Part shown: positions 1 through 15,369 of the stretch, one piece after another
Position numbering within the stretch: the first letter of the stretch is position 1
How the letters are laid out: each line of letters starts with the position of its first letter
Assembly (NCBI RefSeq): GCF_009914755.1
Contig: NC_060934.1
Reading direction: 5' to 3' (one strand)
DNA length: 64,000 nucleotides
Source: the human T2T-CHM13v2.0 reference genome, Homo sapiens
The notes under the pieces: generated by a model
What the model saw: only the letters and a program-made list of their open reading frames with translations
Database searches by the model: none
What the model was told of the DNA's origin: nothing
Position numbers and translations under genes: made by a program

Positions 1-524
1 AACTAGTGAGTTAAACAATAGATGAGAGCCAGTGAACCATTAGATGAGAATTCCAGAATGCTAAGAAAATTTTCTTGGGTGGATTCTATAATTTGTGGTT
101 TGAATAAAACCTTTGAAACATTCCATTAGTATTAAAATTCTCACAATGAGAATATGGTTCATATTTAACACATTTTAAATTACTAGACAGTCTCTCCCCA
201 AAAGAAATTTTAATGCTTTATTCTGCCTAGGGCTTATTCACTGCCTGGTACTAATTCAGGAATAAATTAACCCTTCCAACAATTAGGATATTGTCTAGAA
301 ACTGCCTCTTGCACACTGCTGGAGAAATCACTTACATTCTGCAAATCAGGAGTAAAAGAGAAATCCACTTCTTCATTATAAAATGTTTTTCTATACCTAA
401 TAGCTTATTAATTATTGGTATAAATCACTATATTTACCTATATAATTACACATTATTCTATAATGCCTCTGAATTAAGCTTCACAGTTATAGATTTTGTT
501 AAATGTTTTATCATTAAGAGTTTT
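1..524 (-). other. RTKN2: RTKN2 3' UTR (continues beyond the window edge)
   Basis: Directly downstream of the stop codon; AU-rich; AATAAA on the minus strand at 217-222. Confidence 0.85.
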
Positions 525-1060
525 CTATACTTGTGCCTGCAGCCATGATCTAGGGTCCAGAATGTCTTTGATGGATTTCTGCCTTGGAGCTGGCACTGGC
601 TTGGCTTCAAAATTGGTTTTAGTGTCTGTGTGCTCACCATCACTTAATCTATTTCTCCTGGCAGGCAGAAGTTTTCGAGGAGCAGCCATTGGTTTCTGTA
701 AGTGATGCATTAGAGTTGATAGTTTGGTATCCAAAGACGATGTCTGAGATACACTTGTTTTTCCCCAGTTGTCCTTAACCAATTGATCTGTGTTACTCTG
801 TGATTTTAAGCTGAATGGAAGTTTATCAGAAGGAGGAAGGGGAGCTTGTCTCTTTTTCCCTTTTTCATCATGTAATGGCTCACTTGCAGGATACAGTACC
901 TTTTTCTGGATGACCATTTGATGGTTACCATCAAAGAGTGTGGCCCAAGGAGGTGGTAAGGATTCTTCATGCTGACCAATAAGGAACTGCCCATTTGTCT
1001 CTTCAATTTTTTTTTGTATTATATCCGTTAAACTTTCAAGTTTCATAGGTGAATCAATGC
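525..1060 (-). CDS. RTKN2: RTKN2 last coding exon (exon 12), C-terminal tail SIDSPMKLE...WLQAQV*
   Basis: Acceptor attatag|GCATTGAT at 1062/1060; TAG at 525-527; inside ORF 525..1100(-); recognised RTKN2 C-terminus; phase 1 matches exon 11. Confidence 0.97.
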
Positions 1061-2370
1061 CTATAATAATTTTAAGAAAAAAAAACATGAAAAAATTCAA
1101 AAGCAGTATGTACTTTATCTAAATAAGTTCTTTTCCAAACTAGTATGCTATATACAATGGTCATCAAAGACTATGATAAGGAAAACGTTCACTTGTAAAA
1201 ATAACCACACCATCAGAACTAAAAAGATCATGCGCTGCACTAATCATACATTATATATGTAAACATACACATAATACATAGTATATAAAACATATATAAC
1301 ATACATATAATTTACATAATACATACACATGTATAAATATATTCCTATATAAATTAGCAAAATCCATCTTTCAAAGAAGTGGAGTTATATGAGTTTTCTA
1401 AAAAATTCTACAGATTAAGTATTTATGAGATAACATTTCCTGGATTTAAAACCTTATTCTGACTGCTAGGTAAGAGATTTCCTTTTTTACAAAAGCTAGA
1501 TATATATTAGGATGACTGCATTTGGATGAGTATTCTTTCCTGTAGACCAGCAAAGTCTCTGTTAAAAGGGAAAATGCTTAAAACCAAAAACCCAGGAAAA
1601 CAGAGTAAAGCCCTCATACCACTTTGGTAATAAGGGTGGTGGGTGAAACTTTCCTTGGCAAAAATAAAAGAACAGAGATAAATCTCTATTAAATAAATTA
1701 CTGGTATTTTAAAATGTGTGAACCCAAATGTATCATTTTTAACCTGACATTTTAAAGTGAATGTAAGTACAGGTACATTAGTGGCAAATTAAACAGAATT
1801 TAGACTGACTTGCACTTGTTCACAACATTATTTACTGAGGCAACAGCACAAAAATAAACACCCTTCAAGGTGTGGGAAATTGAATATTAGTGGGTCTAGA
1901 AATTTAAAATTTTCCAAAGTATTAAACTTAACCAATTTCTTTTTTCTGGCTAGAGATGAAAGCTTCCATTCATTAGTATGCATCTATCAACACTACTTGG
2001 AAACAAATTTAATAAAATACAGAAAAAAAATTACTGAACATGATTACATTTTAGAATGTGCAAATGTTTATTTTCAGAATTTTCATCAGCTACTCAGCTA
2101 ATATTTATTTTCAGTGCACCTTTACTCATTTTAAGCCTTAAATTTTTTGTCTGATCTTAAGCATTCAGACTATGAAAAAACGTGTATTCATTATTTTGTT
2201 TTAATTCATCTATTAAACATGAGTTCCTTAGTCTATAATCAGTCTTTTTTCATTTATTTTGATTGTGCCCTGAAAATTTTAGCATTTTAATGTCAATAGA
2301 ATAAGCTGCTTCAGTATGGACAATGTTGTTTTTGTTATCCTGCAGCTTAGAAAAGACAAACCCCACTTAC

Positions 2371-2478
2371 TCATATCATGGTAGACTGAGGTTGCCTCTT
2401 TTGTCAAGAACAAAGGTGGTTTCCGTGGTGACATAATCTCAATTTTCATAAGTTCTTCACAACAGTGCTTCCATTGGC
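2371..2478 (-). CDS. RTKN2: RTKN2 exon 11 (SQWKHCCEELMKIEIMSPRKPPLFLTKEATSVYHDM)
   Basis: tcttag|GCCAATGG ... GATATGA|gtaagt; 108 nt, phase 1 to 1. Confidence 0.96.
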
Positions 2479-2698
2479 CTAAGACAGACAGAAAAAAGGT
2501 AGACTAGTTTAAAACATAAATGTGAAGATATATATTTCATTTTTAATAGATAGCAATACATTTTTGCTTTGAATAAAAATCAGTGAATTTATACATAAAG
2601 CACTGCGTTAAGGGAGGCTTGCAGAAAAACCTAATACTATCCATAATTTCAAAGTCCAGTTCTGAACATAAAAGTAATCTATTTAAAAAATAAAGTTT

Positions 2699-3023
<325 letters not shown>

Positions 3024-5493
3024 CTATGCAAAGACATTAGGCTAAAATCTCTAGGCTATTAAATACTATCCTATTTCACTAAATGGTTAATAACTACTTT
3101 AAAATTTCTATTTATTGCAAAAGTTTGGGAAGGGTTTTCTTCTTTTGAATAGTAAACATTAAGTATTCAAGATGTTGAAAGGTTAAACAATCAACTGAAA
3201 TATAGTTACCTAGAAGGAAATAGAAAAAAACATAAAGGAGTGAGGTTTTCAAAAATGGTTTTAACTATGAAAATTTTGATTAAGAAATAAAAATTATTTA
3301 TTTAACAACTGTCCCTTTAAGATGATTATCATGCTTTTCAAAATCATTTAACTCTAGAAAAACACTGTATTTTCATTTAGGTTTTAAAAGGTATATAAAA
3401 ACCTATTATTATAAAGTCATATCACCCAATAAAATTCTGAGTCTAATTTGTTTTAGGAAGGACACATTAAATAAAGGCATTTGGAATAAGAAAAAAATAG
3501 TCTTGAATAAAATCTTTCAACTATTAAGTTAAAATTTGAGTGTGGACATTAATTTTTATTTTAATTATGTTTCACACTATTTTAATCTTAAATTTTTTAG
3601 ATTTCTCCTGAGTGATGTCTAAAAATTTAATCTTTTCATACTTATTGTGCACCTGCATGCTGGATAGCAACTATGCTAGTTCCTACGTATCTGTATATTA
3701 ATTTTATAAGAGTTAGTTACTGAGGTTCACCTTCTTATAGCCTATCTTATACCAATAGAAAAGTAAATGTAATACACTTATGTTGTATATCCGTATTTCA
3801 TATCCAACTTGATTATTTTCTGTGACTTAAAAACTAAGGACACTTCATGTTTAGTAAAATTACTCATTTTTGTTGTTTGTAGTTGAATATACTCTCATAG
3901 TAATATGATAATATATGCATAAATTAAAAATCCACCACCATTAGTTAAGAAACATAAAAAAAGCCTTTCAGTATGTTTTATTATGATGCTAAGCACAGAA
4001 TATGATAAAAATTTCAAAATAAGCCACATAGCAACTGATAAAGGGAATAAATTCTTGAGTACAAGGCTTCAAAGGTTGATCTCTAGAATGTACATCTAGT
4101 AGGATCTGAGATCTGATAACTTATTCCTCCCCACACTTCCTTTTATAGATAAATATATAAGAGCCAGTTTTTTTCTTCTTAGGGGCAGGAAAAAAACCCA
4201 TATCTAATGGAAAAATAATGAAACACTTCAAACTGGCACACTTTTCTGTCACATTCTTAGAAAAACTATTATAAAGTACAGTATTTCCTCTATATCGATA
4301 AATGAAAGCATTTCATTGTTAAACTAGTAGCAGAATATGAGTTACAATGAAAACTGGAATATAATGCCACATTATTTCACGTGTTACTAAAGTCAGAGGT
4401 ATAAACGTGTTCATGGGTCAAGACTTTACGACTGAAACATTTATTTTGCCAGCAAATAAATCTCTATGCATAGCTATACATGATAGCCAATATGCTAACA
4501 TGAAAACAAGGGCGCAATATGAAATATTAAATGGGTATGTTTTGTTCACATAACAATTTATATATTGAAGATGTTTCCTAAAATACCATTTACTGTTATA
4601 GTGTTCCCAGTCAAAATAATTTTTTATGCTAAGCTCCTAATGTAACTCAATATTTATATTGTTAAATATTTTTTAAAAATTTAATGTTCCAAATCTACCT
4701 TAATTTTCTCTATCTTTGACCTACCATTCTCTGCTCCACTCCTATTGACCATCCAGAACATGGGTCACTCCTCTTTTACATGACTGTTAACTCACAAATG
4801 TTAAAAATAGCTATTACATCCCCCTTGCCCACCAACATCCACCCGAGGCTATTCTTCCCTGGGCTAAACAGATCTACTTCCGTAAGTGTTTCCTCCTGAG
4901 TTCTAATTATCTCACCTTCCTGGTTTTCTATTCTTAAATAGAGTCAAATAATTGAAATTTGCTCTCAATATTAAATTTCTCTTACTTTATTCTGCCCTGA
5001 ATACCTATCCTGTACTTTGTTCTACATACCATACTTCAACCAGGATCACAAGAGGTTGCACCTGTCACTAGGAAAGTTAAAATTTTAAAGTACAAGTCAA
5101 ATTTTTAGTATGGTATAAATACCTCCATCTTTGCTTCATATATCCATACACAATGAATTCTGAATTTTGAAGTATAAATGTAATAGAATTTGTACTTTAA
5201 AAATTACATAGGTTGGCAGTTTTTATGCAAAAAAGCATTAAATACCAAAAATGTAACCAGACCCGAGAACCAAGTTGTCATCACTTCCTTATTATGTTGA
5301 CAGTACAAAAATGTCATGAGGTTCTTATTCTTTCAAATCTCCATTTCAGCATGATAAATTATTTCACATAATCTAGAGAATGAAAGCATGAGATGATCAT
5401 CTAATAGTAGTTGATATCTAGACTACAAGATTCTGGTATTATCACCTTCATTTACCTCTCCTCCTGTTTTTATGCACATAACAATTATACAAT

Positions 5494-5841
<348 letters not shown>

Positions 5842-5956
5842 TTATAAGACGGATTCTCTAAGACAGAACATTTAGTAAAATGGTTAAAGTTTTAGCTATG
5901 ATTAGCAAAAGCAAGGAAGTTCTTGTCTTTTAAGTTATACACCTGAGATCTGCTGA

Positions 5957-6271
<315 letters not shown>

Positions 6272-7470
6272 TAAATAAATGTGGTACACGCTGATAAGCA
6301 TGAAATGAATATTTGAACATTTATTGAGTGTCTAGGGATGATACTTAAGGAAAACAAGTCCTAAACAATACAAGAAGGCCATGGAGGGAACCCTCTAGTT
6401 CGATGCTGTGAAACAGAAACCTCTTCAGGCCTAAGTTTTCTCATCTTCAGAGCAAAGGGAAATAATTTCTACCTCGCAGGAGTGTTATGAGAAATAAATG
6501 AAATAATCTGTTATACGGGAAATAATCCATAAATTTAGATCCCTTTCTTGCCTCTTACCCAACTTCTAACTTGAGGGCTGCAAGTATTAACTCTTCCTCA
6601 TAGTGCTCCAGAAAACAGAATTCCTAAAATGTCTGTCCCTAGGATTATTTCCATGAGTTGCAGAAATAATTTTCCTTTTTTGGAAATGTCTCAACTTTCT
6701 ATGGAATAGGATTCAGTAGACAAAATACTGGTAGTATCTATCAGTAGGCTTTGTTTGATCAGAAACAGACATTATCAACATTCTACATTTTCAATATAAT
6801 GATAATATGCTGTTTGACTTATTGTCAGTAAACACAAAGAACTGTTACGATTTCAGTATTTTCCTGTTGATAAAATTCCTCGAGAAATATTAGAACCTCA
6901 TATATTTTATACACTAGAGCCCTATTACATTACCATACATTGTTTTTATGTCCATGTCATTGGACTGTATTATTGAGATGAGAAAATCCTATGTGTGTGG
7001 TTTAAAAAGAAACCTGTCTGGATGATGTCCAAGAAGATGATAACGAATCTGGAGTTAAGGGAAGGCTACAAAGTGAGACTCCTGAATGTTTCAATATTTT
7101 AGGATCATCATTATCCTGGAAAAGTTTTTTGTTCCTCAAATGGCTTCTTATCCCTTGGATCAAACACATTGCCTTCAACAGTTAAATCCTAACATTTTGA
7201 GAGAATATGGTCTGGTTGTTTTAGTGACCAGAGGGAGCTTCAAAAAGTAGGAGGTAGAGATGCTAGAATCCAAACGTATACTATACAATAGTCAGGCACT
7301 GGAAAGAGATTGACAGAAAGAAGCATCAGTGCATTGATGATATACTACCATTCTTTCAAGAACATAAAAAATTTTTGCTACAAACTCTAAGATTACAATT
7401 TTAAGATTGCTGTGCACATCCTTTTAGGCTACATAAATACACAACTAAAAAAATCCAAATATCTATTTAC

Positions 7471-7636
7471 TAAGATCAAAGAAATGCTGCCAGAAGGCTT
7501 CCATCCATTTCTGAAGATCTTCTCTATTGTCAACTGCAAAAATCTGAGTTATAGCTTGTCCAGGAACAGGATTGATGACAGAGAAATTATGGATTCTTTT
7601 CTTGGCATCCTTATCCATTGCCCGGATTCTGGTTTC
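7471..7636 (-). CDS. RTKN2: RTKN2 exon 10, C-terminal half of PH domain (ETRIRAMDK...KWMEAFWQHFFDL)
   Basis: tttttag|GAAACC ... GATCTTA|gtaaat; 166 nt, phase 0 to 1; Trp-containing C-terminal PH helix. Confidence 0.96.
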
Positions 7637-8554
7637 CTAAAAATTAAGAAAAAAATTGGGGTTTTGCATGAGAAAATTTCTGTAATGATCAAACAAATGT
7701 TTTATTGCTTAGCTACCATATTTATACCTGATGTAACCATAATCTTATTGCTGATCATTTGAAATTTAAAACATGTAATTTTGAGAATTTTTTATATTCA
7801 AACTCCAATCTAGGTTTTTAAAAAAGAATGCTTTATATAAAATACTGAATAATGTCTTAAATTATGCTATATATAGCACTTATGCTAAATTACATGAGAT
7901 TAAAACATAACCCCTGTTTTGATCCATCTCAGTTTAAGTGGAAGTTTACTGTCTTTTATATACATCTTAAAATTTCCAATAAAACAAGTACAGCATGTCA
8001 TAGCTGTAATGTGGATTACATGTTAACCATATTTCAAATTAATAAAACAGAAGAATCAGTAAAGTATCTTTCTTATTCTAATATTCATGCATAATATCTA
8101 GTGCTATCAGTTAAAGCAGTAAAACCGTAACTTAGTGTTTACTGTAGCAAAACAGGTTTTCCTCATTAACATTTATTTTGTACGTAACGTTCATTTACAA
8201 AGTTCATAGCTAAAGATCCATAAAATAATATAATCTTTAAAATGTTTAAATTATTTTTAAAGTGCTAAGTACAACACTACCACAAGGACAATGGTTTCAT
8301 TCACGCTGATAGTCTAAACCTTTTTTCTGAGTGATACTAGAATGCTATTATGATGACACTTATTGATTCTATACTTAGAAGATTCTGAGAAGTCTATTCC
8401 CAAGTCACACACAGGCACAGCCATGCCACATGGTAAGCTGGCAACTACATGTGGCTTTGACCAAGGAATATTGGGGGATAAAGTCTGTACTAGAACTATC
8501 TATTACACAAAGATAGAGATTTGATGCCTAGATAATGACTCACTTACACTATTC

Positions 8555-8825
8555 TAGGGCAATGCTGTCCAGTATAAGTACAATGTGAGCCACATATGTA
8601 ATTGAAAATTTTCTAAAAACCACAATAAGTAAAAAGAAACTCCTGAAATTAATTTAACGATGTATTTCATGTAACTCAGCATATCTGAAATATGTTGAAG
8701 GCTTTCATACTAAGCCTTCAAAATCCAGTTTGTATTTTACACTTACAGCACATCTCGATCTGGACCAGCCATATTGTAAGTGTCTAACAGTCACTCCAGG
8801 ATAGTGGCTACTGCACTGTACATAG
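8555..8825. mobile_element. MER3/MER33-like hAT-Charlie DNA transposon relic
   Basis: gctgtccagta...tgtgagccacatatgtaatt...aaattttcta and gtggctactg end resemble the MER3 family. Confidence 0.6.
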
Positions 8826-11606
8826 TGGTTCAAGAGAATCATGGTTAAGCCTACTGTAATGTGTGACAATAATATTTTGGCTGGTAGTAATAAAGGCTGA
8901 TTAAGAATAGAAAGAAATTCTTCACTGAGTAAAGTGTGAAGAGAGGCTATACAGTCACACACCAAAACCCACATATACATACAATATGGATATTATGTAG
9001 TCATTACAGAAGTAGCAGGGTTAGGAAGAAAAGCTATCCATTCCCTGAAAAATGGATAAATACAGGCAGGTGAACACCATATATACTACACAAGGAATTC
9101 CCTTCTGAAGGAATAAATTCTTATTCAAACACCGCAGGGGAAAAATGTATGTTGTATAAAGCAGCAACATAACTTTGAACCTTTAGAGTATCACAAAATA
9201 TAACAATCATTAACCATCTTAGAGACAGTCTATCCTGTCACGGTAGAAATCTAGGAATGTGAGTGTCTTTAGAGGACTGTAATCTTAATTTTATCATAAT
9301 AGAGTATAAAATTATACATTATATATGTTACTTTTGACTATACGCCCAGTATCTTAATTTTATCATAATAGAGTCTTTTTACACTTCTATGTCTTGGTAA
9401 TAAACTTTGTGAATTAGTTCTTTTAAGTAATTATTTTTATTATGTAACAAATTTTGCCCTAAATGGTATCCTTGGAGCTCAACGATGCACCTAATCATCC
9501 ACTGTAAATATAAAGCTTATAATCACAAGCAGAGAATGACTTAAGCTCTAGGAAGAATCTTTGATATGCTACTCTTATCAGACTAATTGAAGGTTAAATC
9601 ATAGTAGGGGAAAAACCCTCTATTGTGTTACAAAATAAAATAAAATAAAAAGTATTCTTGTTACTGAAATTGTGCTTCCCTCCACCAATTCCATTTTAAT
9701 AAACATTTCTGACTACTTTTTGTATAAAGGATTAAAGTGGATTCAATCTTTAAATAAGGGAAATTTGATTTTTATAGATGAATTTGGATATTTTTACCAA
9801 GGTATCATTTCATATGAAACCACTACATAGAAAATCTGATGAACTCAATCATTTATATCCTTCTAAGAGAATATAATGCAAAAATATATAAATACTACTG
9901 TATATACTCCATTAATTCTGGTAGCCATAAATATCACTACATTTTTAAAACATCAGAGGTTTCTGAAAGGTGCAAATGAAATGCAGAATTTGAATTAACT
10001 TCTATATGTTATCATCCAAAATAATTTAATGGAAAACTTTTAATCAAAAAAATGCGTGTTGAAGAAAAAGTGATTAATACAAGTAAAGTTTCTTAGAGTG
10101 TCAGAAAGTTCATGCAAGCTGCTTTTTCACTGTGGAAAAATATCAACAATAGTTCTCACGTCTTCAATTCTCAAAAAAGGAAGTGATTAGAAAACACTAA
10201 GGTGAATTTTAGGACTGTTATTTATGGGCTTATGTGTTTATATAAGTGACTCCTCTTAGGGTATGAAAACAAGGAACTTGGTAATTCCCTGCCTCCCCCC
10301 CATATTTCTGCCACCTAAAATATTGCCTAGTACTCAGTAAATGGCTAAAAAATATTTAAAGAATAAACAAATGAAACAGGAAAAGAACAACTCAAATAAT
10401 GATTAAAAAGTTTTGTATTGATAGACCCAGATCCTAGAAATAATCTCCAATCCAATTCTTTATGAGGAAACATGTTCTGTGAGAATTATTCTATTAAGCC
10501 CAGCGTTTCCTGTATTGTTTTTGCTAATCTCAAAACTTCAATTACCTAGGAGGTTTTATAGTCAACTTTTCTTGATTTGTAAATAGATTTGAGATTATTC
10601 ACTGTGTAATTTTAATCTGTAGCTGGATTTGCTTTTCGTCAGTCTGCAATTTTTCACTCCATGAGATGGTGTTGTTACCTAGAGAATGCCAAGTGAAGTC
10701 AATAAAAACATAAACTGGGAAGTCAATTTTGTAATAAAATATAAACTCTAAAGTCACAGGAAAGTTTCATTTAGGTTTTTAAAAATTATTATTTTGAATT
10801 AAAACTGTACTTCCTCCTCTTCATTTCCATATACGTGGAAAATTACTAGATCAGGACTAGATTTATAAATTATATATGTTACTTTTGACTATACGACCAT
10901 AAAAAATGCACCCAGATTATGGTCTCTAAATACTCTTTACTAAAAACATCAGAGCTTTTCAAATAAATGGCTGACCTGACTCTCAGCCTGGGCCAGGAAA
11001 TGTATAAGATGATTCTGGAACATCTTGTCCTATCAGAAATCTAAGATTCCTAGGGTTATGTCAAAAGGATTCAAGAGTCAACTCGAAGGGGCTTCTACTA
11101 GTCAAACATTGGACATTGATTAGAACATTGACTAGAATAGCAATGGCAATGGACAGACACATGACATGTATTTAAATCCAAAAATTCAAAACGATATTTA
11201 AAAATGAACTCATTGGTCACCTGTGAAAGATGGTAGGAAACCATCTCATTGTTTTGGTAACTGACATATAAATGGGAAAAAACAAACAAGCAAACAAACA
11301 AACAAAAAAACAAAAAAAAACCCAAGCACTTTTCCTGTCTTCCCTATAAGAATTGTACTTCAGGGTAACCAAATAGCTGATGAAGTAGAGGCATTCCAGC
11401 TATAACGAATGTAAAAATACTACCAGTTTGTAATCCTTAATGAAATAAAGGATCTAAAACAATGCTCATCAGTGGTTGTTAAGATGAGTGGAAGACCTAG
11501 ATATATGATATGCTTCTTGATGAAAGTATATGACCCTTCCTAAAATGTATTCTTACTAACCAACCAACAAATCTGAATATGATCCAAAAATATAAGAAAA
11601 AAGGCA

Positions 11607-11905
<299 letters not shown>

Positions 11906-12068
11906 AAGAAAAATGGCAACCCAGGTATGCAACTAGAAAAATCCAGACTATGGAAAAACCCTGCAGGATAAAAGATCAATTTCTTCAGCAAATAAATTGT
12001 CTATGGTGTGTGTGTGTGTGTTTGAAGTGGGGAGTTAGAGGTGTGAGTGAGCATAAGCCAACATATTC

Positions 12069-12720
12069 ATTATTATTATTATTATTGTTAAACTTTTAAG
12101 TTCAGGGGTACAAGTGCAGGTTTGTTACATAGGTAAACTTGTGTCATGGGGGTCTACTGTAAAGATTATTTAATCACCCAGGTATTAAGCCTAGTAACTA
12201 TTAGTTATTTTTCCTGATCTCCCTCTTCCCACCCTCCACACTCTCCGATAGGCCTCAGAGTGTGTTGTTACCCTCTATATGTCCATGTGTTCTCATCATT
12301 TAGCTCTCACTTATAAGTGAGAAAATGTGGTATTTGGTTTTCTGTTCCTGTGTTAGTTTGCTAAGGATAATGTCCTCCAGCTCCATCTATGTCCTTGCAA
12401 AGGACATGATCTAGTTCATTTTTATGGCTGCAGAGCATTCCATGGTGTATGTGTACCACATTTTCTTGATCCAGCCCACCACTGATGGGCATTTAGGTTG
12501 ATTCCATGTCTTTGCTACTGTGAATGGTGCTGCAATGAAAATATGTGTGCATGTGTCTTTATAATAGAATGATTTATATTCTTTTGGGTATATACTCAGT
12601 AATGGGATTGCTGGGTCGAATGGTATCTGTCTTTAGGTCTTTGAGGAATCAACACACTGTCTTTCACAATGGCTGAACTAATTTACACCCCCACCAACAA
12701 TGCATGAGCATTCCTTTTTC
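12069..12720 (-). mobile_element. L1 3' end (older L1PA/L1PB type)
   Basis: ttttaagttcaggggtacaagtgcaggtttgttac and gggattgctgggtcgaatggt, reverse complement of the L1 3' UTR/ORF2 end. Confidence 0.92.
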
Positions 12721-14211
12721 TAAAGAGACTTAAAAGACCTAATCAATCAACCATAATATGTGGCCCTTATTTGGATCCTAACTCAAAAACTTACAAAAAT
12801 TGAGACTAGGGATCTTAAAGACTGCCTGGATTTTTAACGATATATTAACTACATATAATTATATCTACATATGACAACTTATATATAAAACCATAAATTT
12901 TCTTAAGTGTGACAATTGGAATATTTACAAGTAAAATGATATGGTCTCTAGGATTTGCTTCAAAATATATCTAATGTGGGGGCAATGTGTGAGAGTACAC
13001 ATGGGTTCATTTATACTATTCTATGTATAAATTACCTTGAATTTTTTTCCAAAGAAAATAATTAAAAAATAAAATACAAACACAAAAACCAAAGTCAGTC
13101 TATTATTAATGCCTCTTTCTTGGCTGTAATGCAGATATCTCACATCTTCCTTACAAACATGCTGTAAAGATAAATGAGTTATTTGAAAAGTGCTTCGTCT
13201 GAAGTCCTGTTAATCAGCAATGAAGACAAAATGTTGGTGCTAAAAACAAGCTTTAGACTTTATATATACTCTAATGACAAAAAAGGATATCTTCATGTAT
13301 ACGACAAGGAATGTTTGAAATATGTAATGCATAGCTGTAAGTTAAACCAACCATGAGGTATGATTAGTATCAGTTTAATATAATTATTTTAAATTTATAT
13401 TAATTAAATCAGATGTAAACTCCTACAGGAAAATGTTTGAAAAATTATTTTTGCTATATTTACTTTTAAAAATCTGAATAGTTGATATGATTAGATATTA
13501 AGGAAACTAATATAATTGGATTAAAATCCCATGTGCTTCATAATAATTTTGCTTTCTAGGTTCTATGATAAATATAATAGTTAAAAGTATTTTCAAAACA
13601 ATTTATCCAAAGTCTACTACACTAAATAGTGTTATTGACTTGTTTAGTACAGATTTTATTAAAATGAATGATGTATATAATATTTAAAACAAGAAAAGGC
13701 TTGATCTCAAAGACTCACACTTTTTTTTAACCGTCACACCCCTCACCATATTGACAATGGATAAAGCTTTAGTTAACAAAATGCTTTCTATAATGTGTAG
13801 GAAATTCAGTTAAGTACCTGTTATTGAGAATGTCTTGCTCAAGAACATTCTTGTGAAGTTTTCTGAATTTGAAGCAATCACTTTGAAGTAAATCACCCTT
13901 TCAAATTTGGATTGACAATGGGAGGGGAATAGCTCTTAGGCTTTTCTTCCCTTAATGTGACTATTTCCACAGATGGCTCCCTATGAAAATTAATGAACTA
14001 ACTTAGCCTTACAAGAAATGCCATTTAGAAGGACAAGAATTATAGCTTGAGAACAGATCCTGTGATCTAAATAACAGAACTATTATTTATATACCTTAGC
14101 AACTGTGAAATTTATGTTTTCAAATAATTCTTAAGTAGCATTAAGGAAAATTATTTTCATGAGAAAAGAAGAAAGACAATCAAAAGACAAAAAACTCTGA
14201 TTTGTATTTAA

Positions 14212-14576
<365 letters not shown>

Positions 14577-14672
14577 GAGGAACACTATTCTTAAAAGTTT
14601 TACTTGATCCTTACCTGCTGTATCAGAAAATACCAAACTGGTTTTTATCCTTTGTTTATTTAAGAATACATT

Positions 14673-15369
<697 letters not shown>

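Noticed and set aside
1061-1100. N-terminal extension MNFFMFFFLKIII of ORF 525..1100
   Set aside because: It is the intron 11 polypyrimidine tract; the exon starts at 1060
7006-7185. Open plus-strand frame (CLDDVQEDDNESG...)
   Set aside because: No start codon or convincing splice sites; better explained as the antisense of segment G
7412-7762. 116-aa plus-strand ORF (also ORFs at 291-705)
   Set aside because: Antisense shadows of RTKN2 exon 10, exon 12 and the 3' UTR
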